From Conexivisphaerales archaeon (lineage in GTDB: Archaea > Thermoproteota > Nitrososphaeria > Conexivisphaerales > DTJL01), in the NCBI GenBank assembly GCA_049509455.1, contig JBEKZX010000006.1:1-55266 (forward strand): a stretch of 55,266 nt of DNA, in the 5' to 3' direction. Below are positions 45,032 through 54,606 of this stretch, one piece after another. Positions within the stretch are counted from its first letter, which is position 1, and the number at the start of each line of letters is the position of its first letter. The translations under genes and the position numbers were made by a program. The notes under the pieces are model-generated. The model made no database searches, was not told the origin of the DNA, and saw only the letters and a list, made by a program, of their open reading frames with translations.

Positions 45032-46681
45032 TTGGAAGCTGCAGACCCCGACTCCTTCAGGGCCTTTTCCGACGCATTGGAGAGGGTCAGGGGAACCTCC
45101 AGCAAAATCGCCAAGGTCGAAGTCCTCGGAGAATACTTCAGGACGCTCTCCAGGCCATCTCTGGGGTCGGTGGCGCGCTTCCTGGTGGGCAAAGAGGTGC
45201 CTCAGGGGGACATCGGCGTCGGCTGGAGGGTCGTCCTCGACGCGCTTGGGGACGCCGTGAGCGCCAGCAGCGGAGACCTCTCGCAGGGATACCTCAGGCA
45301 CGGCGACCTGGGGAGCGTCGCGGAGGAGATCTACGCGAAGGGCGGGAGGGCTTCGTCGCTGGCCCATGAGGCGCTCACGGTGTCCAGGGTGGCACGGGCC
45401 TTCGAAGACATGGCGGCATCAAAGGGGAGCGGCAGCTCCCTGAACAAGAAGAGAATACTCGTGGGGCTCTTGATGGACGCGGAGCCCCTCGAAGCCAAGT
45501 ACCTGATCAGGGTCATAACCAACGAGCTCCGGGTGGGGGCGACAGGGGGACTCGTGGAGGAGTCGCTCGCCAGAGCGTTCGGGGCAGATGCGGACTTGGT
45601 CCACAACGCCCTCCTGGTCACCGGCGACATCGGCGAGGTGGCCGACCTCCTATCCAGCGGTAGGATGGAGGACGCCCGCCCGATGCTCTTCCGTCCGGTG
45701 GCCTTCATGCTGGCGGAGCCGAAGGCCAGCGCCAAGGAGATCGCGGACCACTTCGGGAAGGAGGTCTGCGCCGAGATGAAGTATGACGGAGTAAGGCTGC
45801 AGGCGCACGTCGGTGCCGAGGTCAGGCTCTTCTCTCGGCGGATGGAGGACGTCACCTCCACCATGCCCGAAATAAGGGACTCCCTGACAGGCATGGATCA
45901 CGAAGCCATCCTCGACGGGGAGGCGCTGGGCTTCGACGGGGAGAAGCCGATACCGTTCGTCAGGATGCAGACGCGGTTGCATCGGAAGGACATCACCCCT
46001 GGGGAGCGGGAGCGGACCCCGATATTCTACTTCGTCTTCGACCTCCTTTACCTGGACGGCAGGTCCCTTCTGAACGAGAGCCTGGAAAGGAGGCGCGAAG
46101 CCCTTCAGGGGCTAGGCCTTTCAGGACGAGTGAGGATCGCCCCCCAGAGCAGGGCGACCACCGCCGATGAGCTGCAGAGCCTTTTCAGGGAAAGCCGAAG
46201 AAACGGTTACGAAGGCCTGATGGCGAAGGACCCTTTGTCTCCGTACACGCCGGGGAGGCGGGGTGGTCTTTGGGTGAAGCTCAAGGAGGAGCTGGACACG
46301 CTCGATGCCGTCGTAGTCGCGGCGGAGTGGGGGAACGGCAAGAGGGCCGGCCTGCTGTCGGACTACACATTCGCCGTCTGGGACGGGGGCGAACTGCGGG
46401 TGATAGGGAAGGCGTACTCGGGCCTGACTGACGAAGAGATCGGGTTCATGACTGGGAAGATGAAGGAGCTGGCCGTAAGGTGGGAGGGCCACAGATGCAT
46501 CGTGAAGCCAGAGGTTGTCCTCGAGGTGACCTTCGATTCGATCCAGATGAGCGACAGGCACGACAGCGGGTTCGCCCTGCGGTTTCCGAGGATAAAGAAC
46601 ATCCGGCTGGACAAGTCGCCCGACCAAGCCGATACGTTGGAGAGGGTCAAGGCGATCTACGAAGGGCAGCGCATCAAGTAA
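45032..46681 (+). CDS. lig: ATP-dependent DNA ligase (DNA-binding, adenylation and OB domains)
   Basis: EMKYDGVRLQAH motif I, ILDGE, FDLLYLDG, EGLMAK, WVKLK, LRFPRI..IRLDK. Confidence 0.95.
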   Translation: MEAADPDSFRAFSDALERVRGTSSKIAKVEVLGEYFRTLSRPSLGSVARFLVGKEVPQGDIGVGWRVVLDALGDAVSASSGDLSQGYLRHGDLGSVAEEIYAKGGRASSLAHEALTVSRVARAFEDMAASKGSGSSLNKKRILVGLLMDAEPLEAKYLIRVITNELRVGATGGLVEESLARAFGADADLVHNALLVTGDIGEVADLLSSGRMEDARPMLFRPVAFMLAEPKASAKEIADHFGKEVCAEMKYDGVRLQAHVGAEVRLFSRRMEDVTSTMPEIRDSLTGMDHEAILDGEALGFDGEKPIPFVRMQTRLHRKDITPGERERTPIFYFVFDLLYLDGRSLLNESLERRREALQGLGLSGRVRIAPQSRATTADELQSLFRESRRNGYEGLMAKDPLSPYTPGRRGGLWVKLKEELDTLDAVVVAAEWGNGKRAGLLSDYTFAVWDGGELRVIGKAYSGLTDEEIGFMTGKMKELAVRWEGHRCIVKPEVVLEVTFDSIQMSDRHDSGFALRFPRIKNIRLDKSPDQADTLERVKAIYEGQRIK

Positions 46682-46845
46682 GCTCTGGTTCGATCACACG
46701 ACACGATAAACAGTTCGAAGTGGTGCAAGCGGAGGTTCTCGTGTCTCTCAGAGAAGGCCGAGTGCGCTGCTCACCTGAAGGTAATAGTTGGCCGGGTCCC
46801 AACCTTTCGTGGGATTACGAGATTTCGCCATGAATGCCGACAAGC

Positions 46846-47091
46846 TCAAGCTGTCGTTTTCATGCCGAGACTTCCCCTAAACTCCCTCTCGGCGGTGGTC
46901 AACGATTTCTTGTGTTCCTCCATTATCCTTCTCGCTTTCTCCGTCTTGACGTATCTATCAACGAGGGCGTTCCAGTGACTGTCGAAAGCGGTGTTAACCA
47001 TGGCTTGGACGCTGTGGTCCGGCCCGGAAGCCTCGACCTCAATCAGCTTTTGGGCCAACCTATAAGGGTCCATCCGCACGTTGGTCGGCAT
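46846..47091 (-). CDS. small protein with ribbon-helix-helix (CopG/Arc-like) N-terminus
   Basis: TNVRMD (strand) - YRLAQKLIEVE (helix A) - SVQAMVNTAFDSHW (helix B); purine-rich GGAGAGGG upstream of ATG. Confidence 0.5.
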   Translation of the reverse strand: MPTNVRMDPYRLAQKLIEVEASGPDHSVQAMVNTAFDSHWNALVDRYVKTEKARRIMEEHKKSLTTAEREFRGSLGMKTTA

Positions 47092-47340
47092 CCAATCCCG
47101 TCCCTCTCCTCAGACGTCATGCATTTGGATGTTTACTGCTAAGGAAAGAGTAATGAATATCGTCGATTGGTCCTTGCTGGCTCGGACCCCGCGGCGCCGG
47201 CAAAATAGAGCCGAGGCGGCCATGTCAGAGTCTTGTTGAACGTCGGTTGGTGGCGCGACGATTGCCAGGATGATTCTTCTCTCCGTCATTAGCTTGAATA
47301 TATCGTGCAGGAATGGGGCAAGGCGGCGATGCCGGCCTAG

Positions 47341-47415
47341 TTCTATTTTGCGATCTTATTTTGCCTATTTTGCTTTCTTGCACGCCCTATTCTTCTATTT
47401 TGCGACCTATTTTGC
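47341..47415. repeat. cluster of five (C)TATTTTGC direct repeats
   Basis: Copies at 47343, 47357 (TATTTTGC), 47365, 47395 and 47407; 47341-47364 and 47393-47415 form a near-perfect duplicate; one inverted copy GCAAAATAG at 47200-47208. Confidence 0.85.
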
Positions 47416-47523
47416 AACTCTATGACGCCACCGAGCGGCACCCTGACCTGGCCGCGGGCCCTTGCCGAGCATCCTTATCTACAGGTCGGGATTCCCTGTT
47501 ACAAGTCGGAGAAGGGAACGAAG

Positions 47524-48114
47524 TTGTACGCGGAGATCCTGGCTTCCATCACGTTCGCGCTGGTCGCTTATCAGGACTTCAGGGAGAGGATGGTCTCCGA
47601 CTACGTCTGGATCCCCGCCATAGTGGCCGGCGTCGTCATGCTGTGGGAGAGGCCAGATGTGTGGGTTTTCTCTTTGGCGAAGGTGGGTATTTTCGGGGCC
47701 TTAGGAGCGCTCTCCATCATTTTCGGCATCTTCGGCCAGGCCGATGGCCTCACCATCATCGCCATGGCGGTGGGGACCTCGACCTTCTCCCCCCTCCCCC
47801 AGATGCTGGCCGGGGCGCTCGTCGCCATCGCCCACATCTGCTACCTCCTGGTGAGGCATGGCTCGCTGAAAATCGAGAAGACCATGCCCGTCGAGGAGGC
47901 GATCAAGCAGAACGTCTGGATCCCCCTGGAGGTGACCTGCGATGGTCGGACGGTAGAGCTGGACGCCTCCCCCGAGAAGGCCTGGGACTCTCTAGAGGGT
48001 TACGTTGGCAAAAATGCGACCGTGAAGACATCTTACGGGGTGCCCTTCGCCGGCTACCTAGCCGTGGGCTACCTTCTGGCCTTCGGAGCCCTTCTGGTTC
48101 AGGGCCTCGTCTAG
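47524..48114 (+). CDS. A24 family prepilin/preflagellin peptidase-like protein
   Basis: YQDFRERMVSDYVW (first Asp), GQADG (GxGD-like second Asp), C-terminal YGVPFAGYLAVGY; TTG 47524. Confidence 0.7.
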   Translation: MYAEILASITFALVAYQDFRERMVSDYVWIPAIVAGVVMLWERPDVWVFSLAKVGIFGALGALSIIFGIFGQADGLTIIAMAVGTSTFSPLPQMLAGALVAIAHICYLLVRHGSLKIEKTMPVEEAIKQNVWIPLEVTCDGRTVELDASPEKAWDSLEGYVGKNATVKTSYGVPFAGYLAVGYLLAFGALLVQGLV

Positions 48115-48335
48115 CTCTTCTGCGTATAGCTCCACGCGATGAGGATGGCCAGGGATATCAGGGACGTCGCCAGGCCCACTATGGCCGCGTTGGCCAACTG
48201 CTTGTCGCCGAATAGCGTATAGAGAGCATTCATTATCCCCTGGAAGATGTTGGTCTTCTCCATGAGCAGGTACCCAAGGAATCCGATGGCATATCCCAGA
48301 ATCCAGAAACCGAACAGAATTGTAGTCCTTCCCAC
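48111..48335 (-). CDS. small two-TM hypothetical membrane protein
   Basis: 74-aa ORF, two hydrophobic helices; 4-nt stop overlap with the peptidase gene; TATTTA at 48375-48380 upstream. Confidence 0.6.
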   Translation of the reverse strand: MGRTTILFGFWILGYAIGFLGYLLMEKTNIFQGIMNALYTLFGDKQLANAAIVGLATSLISLAILIAWSYTQKS

Positions 48336-48429
48336 GATCTCTTCGCCTCGATGGGCTTAGTTTCAGCTGTGCGTATTTAGCGTCCACAGAGCAAAAACAG
48401 TTGATTTGTCGGTCAAAGGCTGTGCCGAG

Positions 48430-49446
48430 CTATATCCAGGAGGGGAGCGTCGTATCGGTCATCGTGATGAAGGAGACGGCGGTGCCCCAGCCCGTCCGCA
48501 CAACCGCTTCGTAGGTCGCGTTGTAGGCCAGCGGGAGGTCCGATACGAAGCTGATGGTATCGGACGTGGCGCCATAGGAAACGGTGGCGTTCTCCGCGTA
48601 ACCGTTCAGGGTCGTCGAGAGCCCGAGGAGGTTGGACGGAAGCAGGGTGGACTTGCTTAGCGAGACGGTGAAATTCGAAGGCACCACGTTGTAAAGGGCC
48701 AAGTTGTCCAAGTACGCGGCGGCGTCGTCGACGGCGATCCTGAACCCCACGACGTAAACGTCTTCACCCGGAGTGTAGAGGGTGCCCGAGTTGGCCATGA
48801 GGTACGCCTCGATCAGGCTCTCGACCCTGGGGGTCCCCAGCTGTAGTTCGTAAGTGGTCCAGGAGCCCATCTCCCTGACGCCTCGCAGCATTATGATCCC
48901 CGCGGAAGCGCTGACGTTGTCGTAGGTGGAGTCTGTGTACAGGGAATAGTTGCCCAGCACCATCGTCAGCGGGAAGGTGGCGTTCGTAGTGGGGTACCAC
49001 AGGAAGAGGCTAATCCACACGGAGCCTGCACCCGGAGAGGTGGCGCTGCCCTTGTACAACAGGTCAAAGCCGAACGCGAGGGAGGAGTTTATCAGAAGAG
49101 GAAGGACCTTGGCGCTGCTATCGTTGTAGAACACGTAGACACTCTGCCCGGGGTCCTGGATGTACAGCGACCGGCTTCCCGAAGCCGCGCCCCCGGTTAC
49201 GACGGTCGCAATTCCTGGGCCTGGCCCGACGATTGCCCAAGTGTTGTCGTTCAGCTCGAAGCCTCCGTTGGGCGTGATGGGCACGAACGTGTTTAGCGAA
49301 AAAGTGGCCCTATTGATAACGAATGGAGAAGCGAGCGGCGCCCCGAACAGGGCGAGGACCAAGACGCTCAAGACCAGAAGCAGGACGAGGAGGAGCCTGA
49401 ATCTCCTCTTACTCATCCCGGGCTTCGACAGGGGGACCTCGGACAT
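48430..49446 (-). CDS. membrane-anchored hypothetical protein with a carbohydrate-binding-module-like region
   Basis: KRRFRLLLVLLLVLSVLVLAL anchor; NGGFELNDNTW...GSRSLYI...YLDNLAL resembles a CBM4/9-type jelly roll; ATG 49446. Confidence 0.6.
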   Translation of the reverse strand: MSEVPLSKPGMSKRRFRLLLVLLLVLSVLVLALFGAPLASPFVINRATFSLNTFVPITPNGGFELNDNTWAIVGPGPGIATVVTGGAASGSRSLYIQDPGQSVYVFYNDSSAKVLPLLINSSLAFGFDLLYKGSATSPGAGSVWISLFLWYPTTNATFPLTMVLGNYSLYTDSTYDNVSASAGIIMLRGVREMGSWTTYELQLGTPRVESLIEAYLMANSGTLYTPGEDVYVVGFRIAVDDAAAYLDNLALYNVVPSNFTVSLSKSTLLPSNLLGLSTTLNGYAENATVSYGATSDTISFVSDLPLAYNATYEAVVRTGWGTAVSFITMTDTTLPSWI

Positions 49447-49545
49447 CAGAGGCAAGGGAAAGCCGATGTCATTAAAACTTATCGAATCCCGGAGGCGGTC
49501 TCGCTGCGGGCGGGGATGATCCCTACGGCAACAGTCCATCTCGCC

Positions 49546-52500
49546 CTATGATTTCGTCTCATTCTGCGGCCCGGCGGTCCCGGCCAGGCCATCTCCTTGC
49601 CCAGGAGTCGACTGCTGCTGGGTCGTCGCGACCGGAGCTTTCTCCTTCCTCGACAGGGCCATTATCGCTATCAGGAGAGAGATGACCGCCAACGCCGCCA
49701 CGCCGTAGAGCTCGTAGGAGAGGTCAGTAGCGTTGCTGTTGGCCGTCGACAGCTGCTTGTTCAGGGAGCCAATGTTGCTGTTGGCCGTCCCCAGCTGCTG
49801 GTTCAGGGAGCCAATGTTGCTGTTGGCCGTCCCCAGCTGCTGGTTCAGGGAAGCTATGGTGCTGTTGGCCGCGGCTAGGTGGTTGTCGGTGCTGAAGTAT
49901 GCGTAGGCGGTGGCGCTCATGCCATCGGCCTGCTCTGCGACCACCTTCAGGGTGTGCTCGCCGTCGGGGATGGAGGTCGTGTTCAGCTGATACGCGTAGG
50001 GGGATGAAGAGCCAGATGAAAAGCTATTGAGCAGGCTGCCGTCCAGGTAGAACGAGACGGACGAAAGCTGCTGCCCGCCTACGGTGACGCTGATGCCCAG
50101 GGTCCCTTCGTAGTTCTGCCCGCTTGCGGGGCTCTGCACCTGGATGGAGGGTAGCGCCGGAGAGAGCTGCTTCACCGTGGAGCTGTTGAGGGAGACTTGC
50201 GAGCTGGCGAGCGATAGGGAGGATATGTCCGACTGAACGAGGGTGATCACGCTGTTCTCAGCTACTATGTTCCCTCCGTAGACTCCCACCAAAGTCAGGT
50301 CGGTGTTGACGGCGACGAGGGTGCCTACGATGCTAGACGAGGATATTGTGACGCTTCCTCCCTTGACAGTGTTGTTGTCCAGGAAGACGTCCCCGGAGAG
50401 CTGCACCGACGAATTGTCCATGGTGTTGCTGAGGGCTAGACCGAACGTCTGCTGCACCGAAGAGAGGTTCTGGTTAGCCGTGTAGACGTAAGGATCCACG
50501 AAGAAGCTCTGCTGCGCGGACAGCTGCGACGTCGTGGGGGTGCCGTCGAAGGAGAGGCCCGTAATGTAGGCCTCGTAGGGGCCGGCGTAGTAGAAGGAGT
50601 TGTCGTTGACGCCGTTAAGCGACGCCGCGTCGTAGGGGGATGGGAGGGTCAGATCGCCCACCCACCTGTTGAGCTGAGGGCTGTACTGGAGAGGCGTTAG
50701 CTCGAAGTTGGCGTACTCCGAGTGCATGATTTCGGTGAAGGAGGACTGCAGCTCCTGGGGGTAGACGAGGGCCGTGTATTCTCCGTACTCCACCTCCGTG
50801 CCGTTGGCGTATGCGATGTTGGCAATGACCTGCACCGTCTGTCCCTCGTAGAGGGTGGAAGATGAAAACGAGATCGCCGGGGTTATGGCGCCTCCTGAGA
50901 CGAGGACCTGGCTGTAGAAGGTGCCGAGTAGCGGTTGCGGTTCGCCCACGGCTTGCTCTACAGTTACAGAATCATAGCTGGCTTCCAAGATGATGGTGTA
51001 GAGGCCAGGGAGGGCGTTGGCCGGGACGGTCAGGTAGCCGTTGATGTTGGTCGCGCCGGAGTTGCAGATGCGTAGCGCTTCGTTGCAGGCCTGAAGGTCC
51101 AGCGAGGCTGTGGCCACGGCCACGCCAGACGGGTTGAGGAGGGTCGCGGTCACGTTGGAGCCCACGGCGACGTCGTCCCCCAAGGTGAGGCCCGTCTCGT
51201 ATGACGGCAGGCTGGCCAGGTTCATTGGCGCCTCCGGGTTCGCCTGTATGAAGATGGACTGGCCGGGGGCGACGGAGCCCGGCTCGGCCGCCACCTGGGT
51301 GTAGATGTAGCTGGACTGGAGGTAGATGCCGTTCACCATCGGAAGGTAGGCGTAGGAGCTTCCCTGAAGGACCAAGGCCAGCGGCCCGTACGGATAGGTG
51401 CCCGACAGGAAGCCCGTATTGACGCCCGTCGTGCTGTTTCCTTGGAGCGTCACCGTGGAGGCCGTCGTGTAGCGGTTCGTTGTTATGGAATATGGGTTCA
51501 CCTCCATCTGGATCGGCTGTGTCGGGGCGCTGTTGCCCAACAGGTCGGTGGAGACGACGTCCACCTCAAGGGTAACAAGGGTGCTCCAGGGCTCGTTAGG
51601 GAAGGGGTCGATGAAGGAGGCGAGGTAGCCGGCGAAGATGGTGGTGATGCCAGTCCCCGATAGGCCCTTCGAGCTCCCAGCGACGGAGATGTACGCGAAT
51701 CCTGACTGGTTCCCCTCGGTCATGGTCCCCTCCCACACCCCCGACGTCGTGTTGAAGCTCAAAGGCGTAACCAAGGACGTTCCGGCCAAGGTCACCAGGC
51801 TGGCCGTGAAACTCCCGGAGACGACGTTGAAGAGACCCTCTCCGATTTCGGCGACCACGGTCATGTTCTGACCTGGGGTAACCTCGCCCAACTGCTGCCC
51901 GCTTGATGGGTCCAGAGCGGCGACGAGGATGTAGAGGCTCGGCTGGCTGCTATACGAATCGTAGAGGGAGGCCAGCGCCCCGATGTTGGGGGCTCCCCAT
52001 CCGGTCGCCAGGTTGTAGCCGTAGGAGGAGGTCCATGGGACAATGTATCCCGTCGTGATCGGCGTGAAGGCACTAGCGTAGGTGCTCGAGTTGTCCCCGA
52101 TGCTGTACAGGAACGGGTTGATGAGCCCGAGGGGTCCGCCAGCGGACTGGGCGACTAAGGTGAGAAGACCAGAGAGGAGCTGAACAGATTCGGAGGTGCC
52201 TCCTTCCGCTGTCACGGAGCCGGAATCCACTATGTAGGTCCCTGGGTCGAGCCCGGCCTGCAGAGAGAGGTCCGGGTTGAGCCGGCCGTTGGGGAACAAA
52301 GCCGGCACCTGCTGACTCTGCTGGTACCAAGGCATGGGCTCGAGTATGCTGACGCCACCGCCACCGCCGCCGTTGTTAACGCTGTTGGGGACGAATCCTA
52401 TGTTGGACCAGGCCGTCTGCGTAAAGGTACTGCCGCCGCCCTGGGTCGCGGAGATGTACGTCTGCGTTCCGCCCACGGCGGTCACGAAAGGCGAGGTCGC

Positions 52501-53688
52501 CGGGTATTCCGGCGTCCCCTCCGGCCCCGAACTGAAGCCCGAGCCCCCTCCGTCTCCTGTCGAAGCCAAGAACGTAATCCCTTCGAGGGAGCCGAGAGCG
52601 TAGTACTGGTCGGGGATGAGGGCTTCAAGGGCCACGAATGCCGGGCCGCCGAAGTAGTAGGACATGGAGAAGTACCACTCTGGGGTGCCGAAGCTCTGGC
52701 TGAGAGTGGTGACGGTGTCGTCCCCCACGATTACCGCGAGGGCATCGGCGAGGGTGTAGGCCCCGTTGGCTACGTAGAGCTGGACGGCGGCTCCAGGCGC
52801 CATCGCGTGCGAGGTCTCGACGTCCAAGGAGATTTCCGTGCTCCAGCCCACGCTGACGCCAAGGTTCGGCGCGTACGGACCGATGGGCGTAATGGTGGGC
52901 GTGATGTCGGGGAGGCCAAAGATCTGGTCAAAAGAATGGAGGTCGCTAGTTATGGTGGGCGACCCGTAGAAGTCGAGAATCCCTATCGTCTGACCGCTGC
53001 CGTTGAAGCCGCTGGAATAGAGAGTGGTCGCGTTGTATACGGCCTGAAGGTCTTGGGCGGACATCCCTCCTTCGGTGAAGGTGACGCCCGAAGGAGACGA
53101 AGCCGAAGCGACATCGGCAGGAAGAGAGTAGATGAACGTGGCGTTGGACGCATACAGGTAGGCCCCTTGGAACGTGGCGGGACCCGAGGTGATATAGTAG
53201 GACGACGTGCCGTTGGTGTATACGTCCACGCTCGCGCCGAAGGCGTTCTGAACCTGCGCCGCCGTCCCCTCCGCGACTATGACCGAGTCAAGACCCGTCG
53301 TCAAGACGTCGAGGCCGCTTCCTTTCACGTATTGGAGGAGAGAGTTGAAGGCGGCGATGGGAAGGAACTCGTTCGCGATCTGCTGCTCGGTCAGGAAGTG
53401 CCTGAACTCGGGAGACGAAGGGTCAGAAACCTGCTTGGCGAGGGAATCTAGGAGCCCCGTGTTCCGGAGCGGGACGGCCAGACTCACGAGCACGGGCATG
53501 TCCTGGGGCGCCTGGTTGAGGAACCTGTAGCCGGTGTACGGGACCGGCGCTGCGGTGGGCGCCGATGATGCCCACGTCACCGTCGCAGCGGCTGTGAAGA
53601 CGACCGAGGAAAGCAGAAGGACGGAGACGACTACGGAGGCAAGGACGCGCACGGCGGATGGCGTGCCACCGAATCCTGATGATTTCAA
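49546..53688 (-). CDS. S53 (sedolisin/kumamolisin) family serine protease with pro-domain, long C-terminal beta-rich/Ig region, coiled-coil stalk and TM anchor
   Basis: Pro-domain VSDPSSPEFRHFLT; catalytic EISLD (E-x3-D), STGDGG, GGTS; YPATSPFVTAVGGT; GYNLATGWGAPN. Confidence 0.92.
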   Translation of the reverse strand: MKSSGFGGTPSAVRVLASVVVSVLLLSSVVFTAAATVTWASSAPTAAPVPYTGYRFLNQAPQDMPVLVSLAVPLRNTGLLDSLAKQVSDPSSPEFRHFLTEQQIANEFLPIAAFNSLLQYVKGSGLDVLTTGLDSVIVAEGTAAQVQNAFGASVDVYTNGTSSYYITSGPATFQGAYLYASNATFIYSLPADVASASSPSGVTFTEGGMSAQDLQAVYNATTLYSSGFNGSGQTIGILDFYGSPTITSDLHSFDQIFGLPDITPTITPIGPYAPNLGVSVGWSTEISLDVETSHAMAPGAAVQLYVANGAYTLADALAVIVGDDTVTTLSQSFGTPEWYFSMSYYFGGPAFVALEALIPDQYYALGSLEGITFLASTGDGGGSGFSSGPEGTPEYPATSPFVTAVGGTQTYISATQGGGSTFTQTAWSNIGFVPNSVNNGGGGGGVSILEPMPWYQQSQQVPALFPNGRLNPDLSLQAGLDPGTYIVDSGSVTAEGGTSESVQLLSGLLTLVAQSAGGPLGLINPFLYSIGDNSSTYASAFTPITTGYIVPWTSSYGYNLATGWGAPNIGALASLYDSYSSQPSLYILVAALDPSSGQQLGEVTPGQNMTVVAEIGEGLFNVVSGSFTASLVTLAGTSLVTPLSFNTTSGVWEGTMTEGNQSGFAYISVAGSSKGLSGTGITTIFAGYLASFIDPFPNEPWSTLVTLEVDVVSTDLLGNSAPTQPIQMEVNPYSITTNRYTTASTVTLQGNSTTGVNTGFLSGTYPYGPLALVLQGSSYAYLPMVNGIYLQSSYIYTQVAAEPGSVAPGQSIFIQANPEAPMNLASLPSYETGLTLGDDVAVGSNVTATLLNPSGVAVATASLDLQACNEALRICNSGATNINGYLTVPANALPGLYTIILEASYDSVTVEQAVGEPQPLLGTFYSQVLVSGGAITPAISFSSSTLYEGQTVQVIANIAYANGTEVEYGEYTALVYPQELQSSFTEIMHSEYANFELTPLQYSPQLNRWVGDLTLPSPYDAASLNGVNDNSFYYAGPYEAYITGLSFDGTPTTSQLSAQQSFFVDPYVYTANQNLSSVQQTFGLALSNTMDNSSVQLSGDVFLDNNTVKGGSVTISSSSIVGTLVAVNTDLTLVGVYGGNIVAENSVITLVQSDISSLSLASSQVSLNSSTVKQLSPALPSIQVQSPASGQNYEGTLGISVTVGGQQLSSVSFYLDGSLLNSFSSGSSSPYAYQLNTTSIPDGEHTLKVVAEQADGMSATAYAYFSTDNHLAAANSTIASLNQQLGTANSNIGSLNQQLGTANSNIGSLNKQLSTANSNATDLSYELYGVAALAVISLLIAIMALSRKEKAPVATTQQQSTPGQGDGLAGTAGPQNETKS
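49732..49870. repeat. intragenic 42-bp tandem repeat (about 3.3 copies) encoding a 14-aa coiled-coil unit
   Basis: Units start at 49732, 49774 and 49816 (gttgctgttggccgtccccagctgctggttcagggagccaat); they encode LGTANSNIGSLNQQ repeats. Confidence 0.92.
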
Positions 53689-54147
53689 ACAAAGGGGCAG
53701 CTTCGCTGCACAATATATGTATTATCAGAGAACCGACAAACAACCAGGCGCGGTGAGGGATTCGTTAAGAATGGGAGCGGTAACATGCTTATCATTGCAT
53801 GGCAGGCGGCCCTTGGACGAAAATCCAATAACCAATCGCACGGCGCGACGTTCTTAAAGTTGAACGGGGGACCCCTGGCGTCCAAGGACAACGGACCATA
53901 TCCACCGGCTCACATGCACGCCCCGGTGTCGAGCGAGAAGAGGAGCGTATTCCTATCTCGCCTGCTGGCCGGCGTGCTGGCCGTCGGAGCGATCGGCGTC
54001 TCGACCCGGAGCCAGGTCCTTCGCCTAGGCCGCCGGAGAGAGCTCCCCCCCTGTGCAGATGATTTATTGGGCATTCCTTCGACTTTAATAATAGAAATCA
54101 ATTTATAAGGAGGCTTTTTTAATCGTAAAGGTGGAGCGGAAACTTTA

Positions 54148-54606
54148 GTGAACAAATTTGACGAGATCGACATGAAGATACTGAGAGAGCTCGTGATAGA
54201 CGCCGGGCAGTCGGTCCCGAAACTCAGCAAGAAGATTCAGGTCAATCCTTCTGTGACGTACAGCCGCATCAAGCGGCTGTCCAAGAAGGGCCTGATCAAG
54301 AATTTCACCGTCGAGGTCAACGAAGACCTACTCGGCTGGAAGGTCCTGGCATACGTCGGTGTCAACTCGGACGCAAAGGAGAGAGACTCCGTCCTTAAAC
54401 AGCTCCTGGACGAAGACGAAGTACGCGAGGTCGCCGAGGTGACAGGCAGGTTCGACTTTCTGGTGACGATCAAGTCCCGGAGCTTGGAGGAGCTTCACAA
54501 CGTCGTCTCTAGCAGGATAGGTAATATCAGCGGAGTGCAGCACACCGAGACGTTCATCGCCATGAGGACTGGCGTCAAGCCCCCCTCGTACGTTTCGCCC
54601 AGCTAG
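54148..54606 (+). CDS. Lrp/AsnC family transcriptional regulator
   Basis: DEIDMKILRELVIDAGQSVPKLSKKIQVNPSVTYSRIKRL..KGLIK, VTGRFDFLV RAM domain. Confidence 0.93.
   Translation: MNKFDEIDMKILRELVIDAGQSVPKLSKKIQVNPSVTYSRIKRLSKKGLIKNFTVEVNEDLLGWKVLAYVGVNSDAKERDSVLKQLLDEDEVREVAEVTGRFDFLVTIKSRSLEELHNVVSSRIGNISGVQHTETFIAMRTGVKPPSYVSPS

Noticed and set aside
11097-46681. Complete NHEJ system (AEP + ligase)
   Set aside because: No Ku or phosphoesterase is present, the genes are 33 kb apart, and the ligase has an ordinary three-domain layout.
47112-47290. 59-codon minus-strand ORF (MTEKRIILAIVAPP...)
   Set aside because: No recognisable motif or clear ribosome-binding site; it may be chance.
47341-47415. 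CRISPR array
   Set aside because: Repeats are only 8-9 bp with irregular 0-21 bp spacing, and there are no cas genes.
49732-49870. CRISPR or mobile-element repeat
   Set aside because: Head-to-tail 42-bp in-frame units with no spacers, inside the S53 coding sequence.
53785-54108. Tat-like signal peptide ORF (KRSVFL...)
   Set aside because: It lacks the twin-arginine motif and has no downstream domain.
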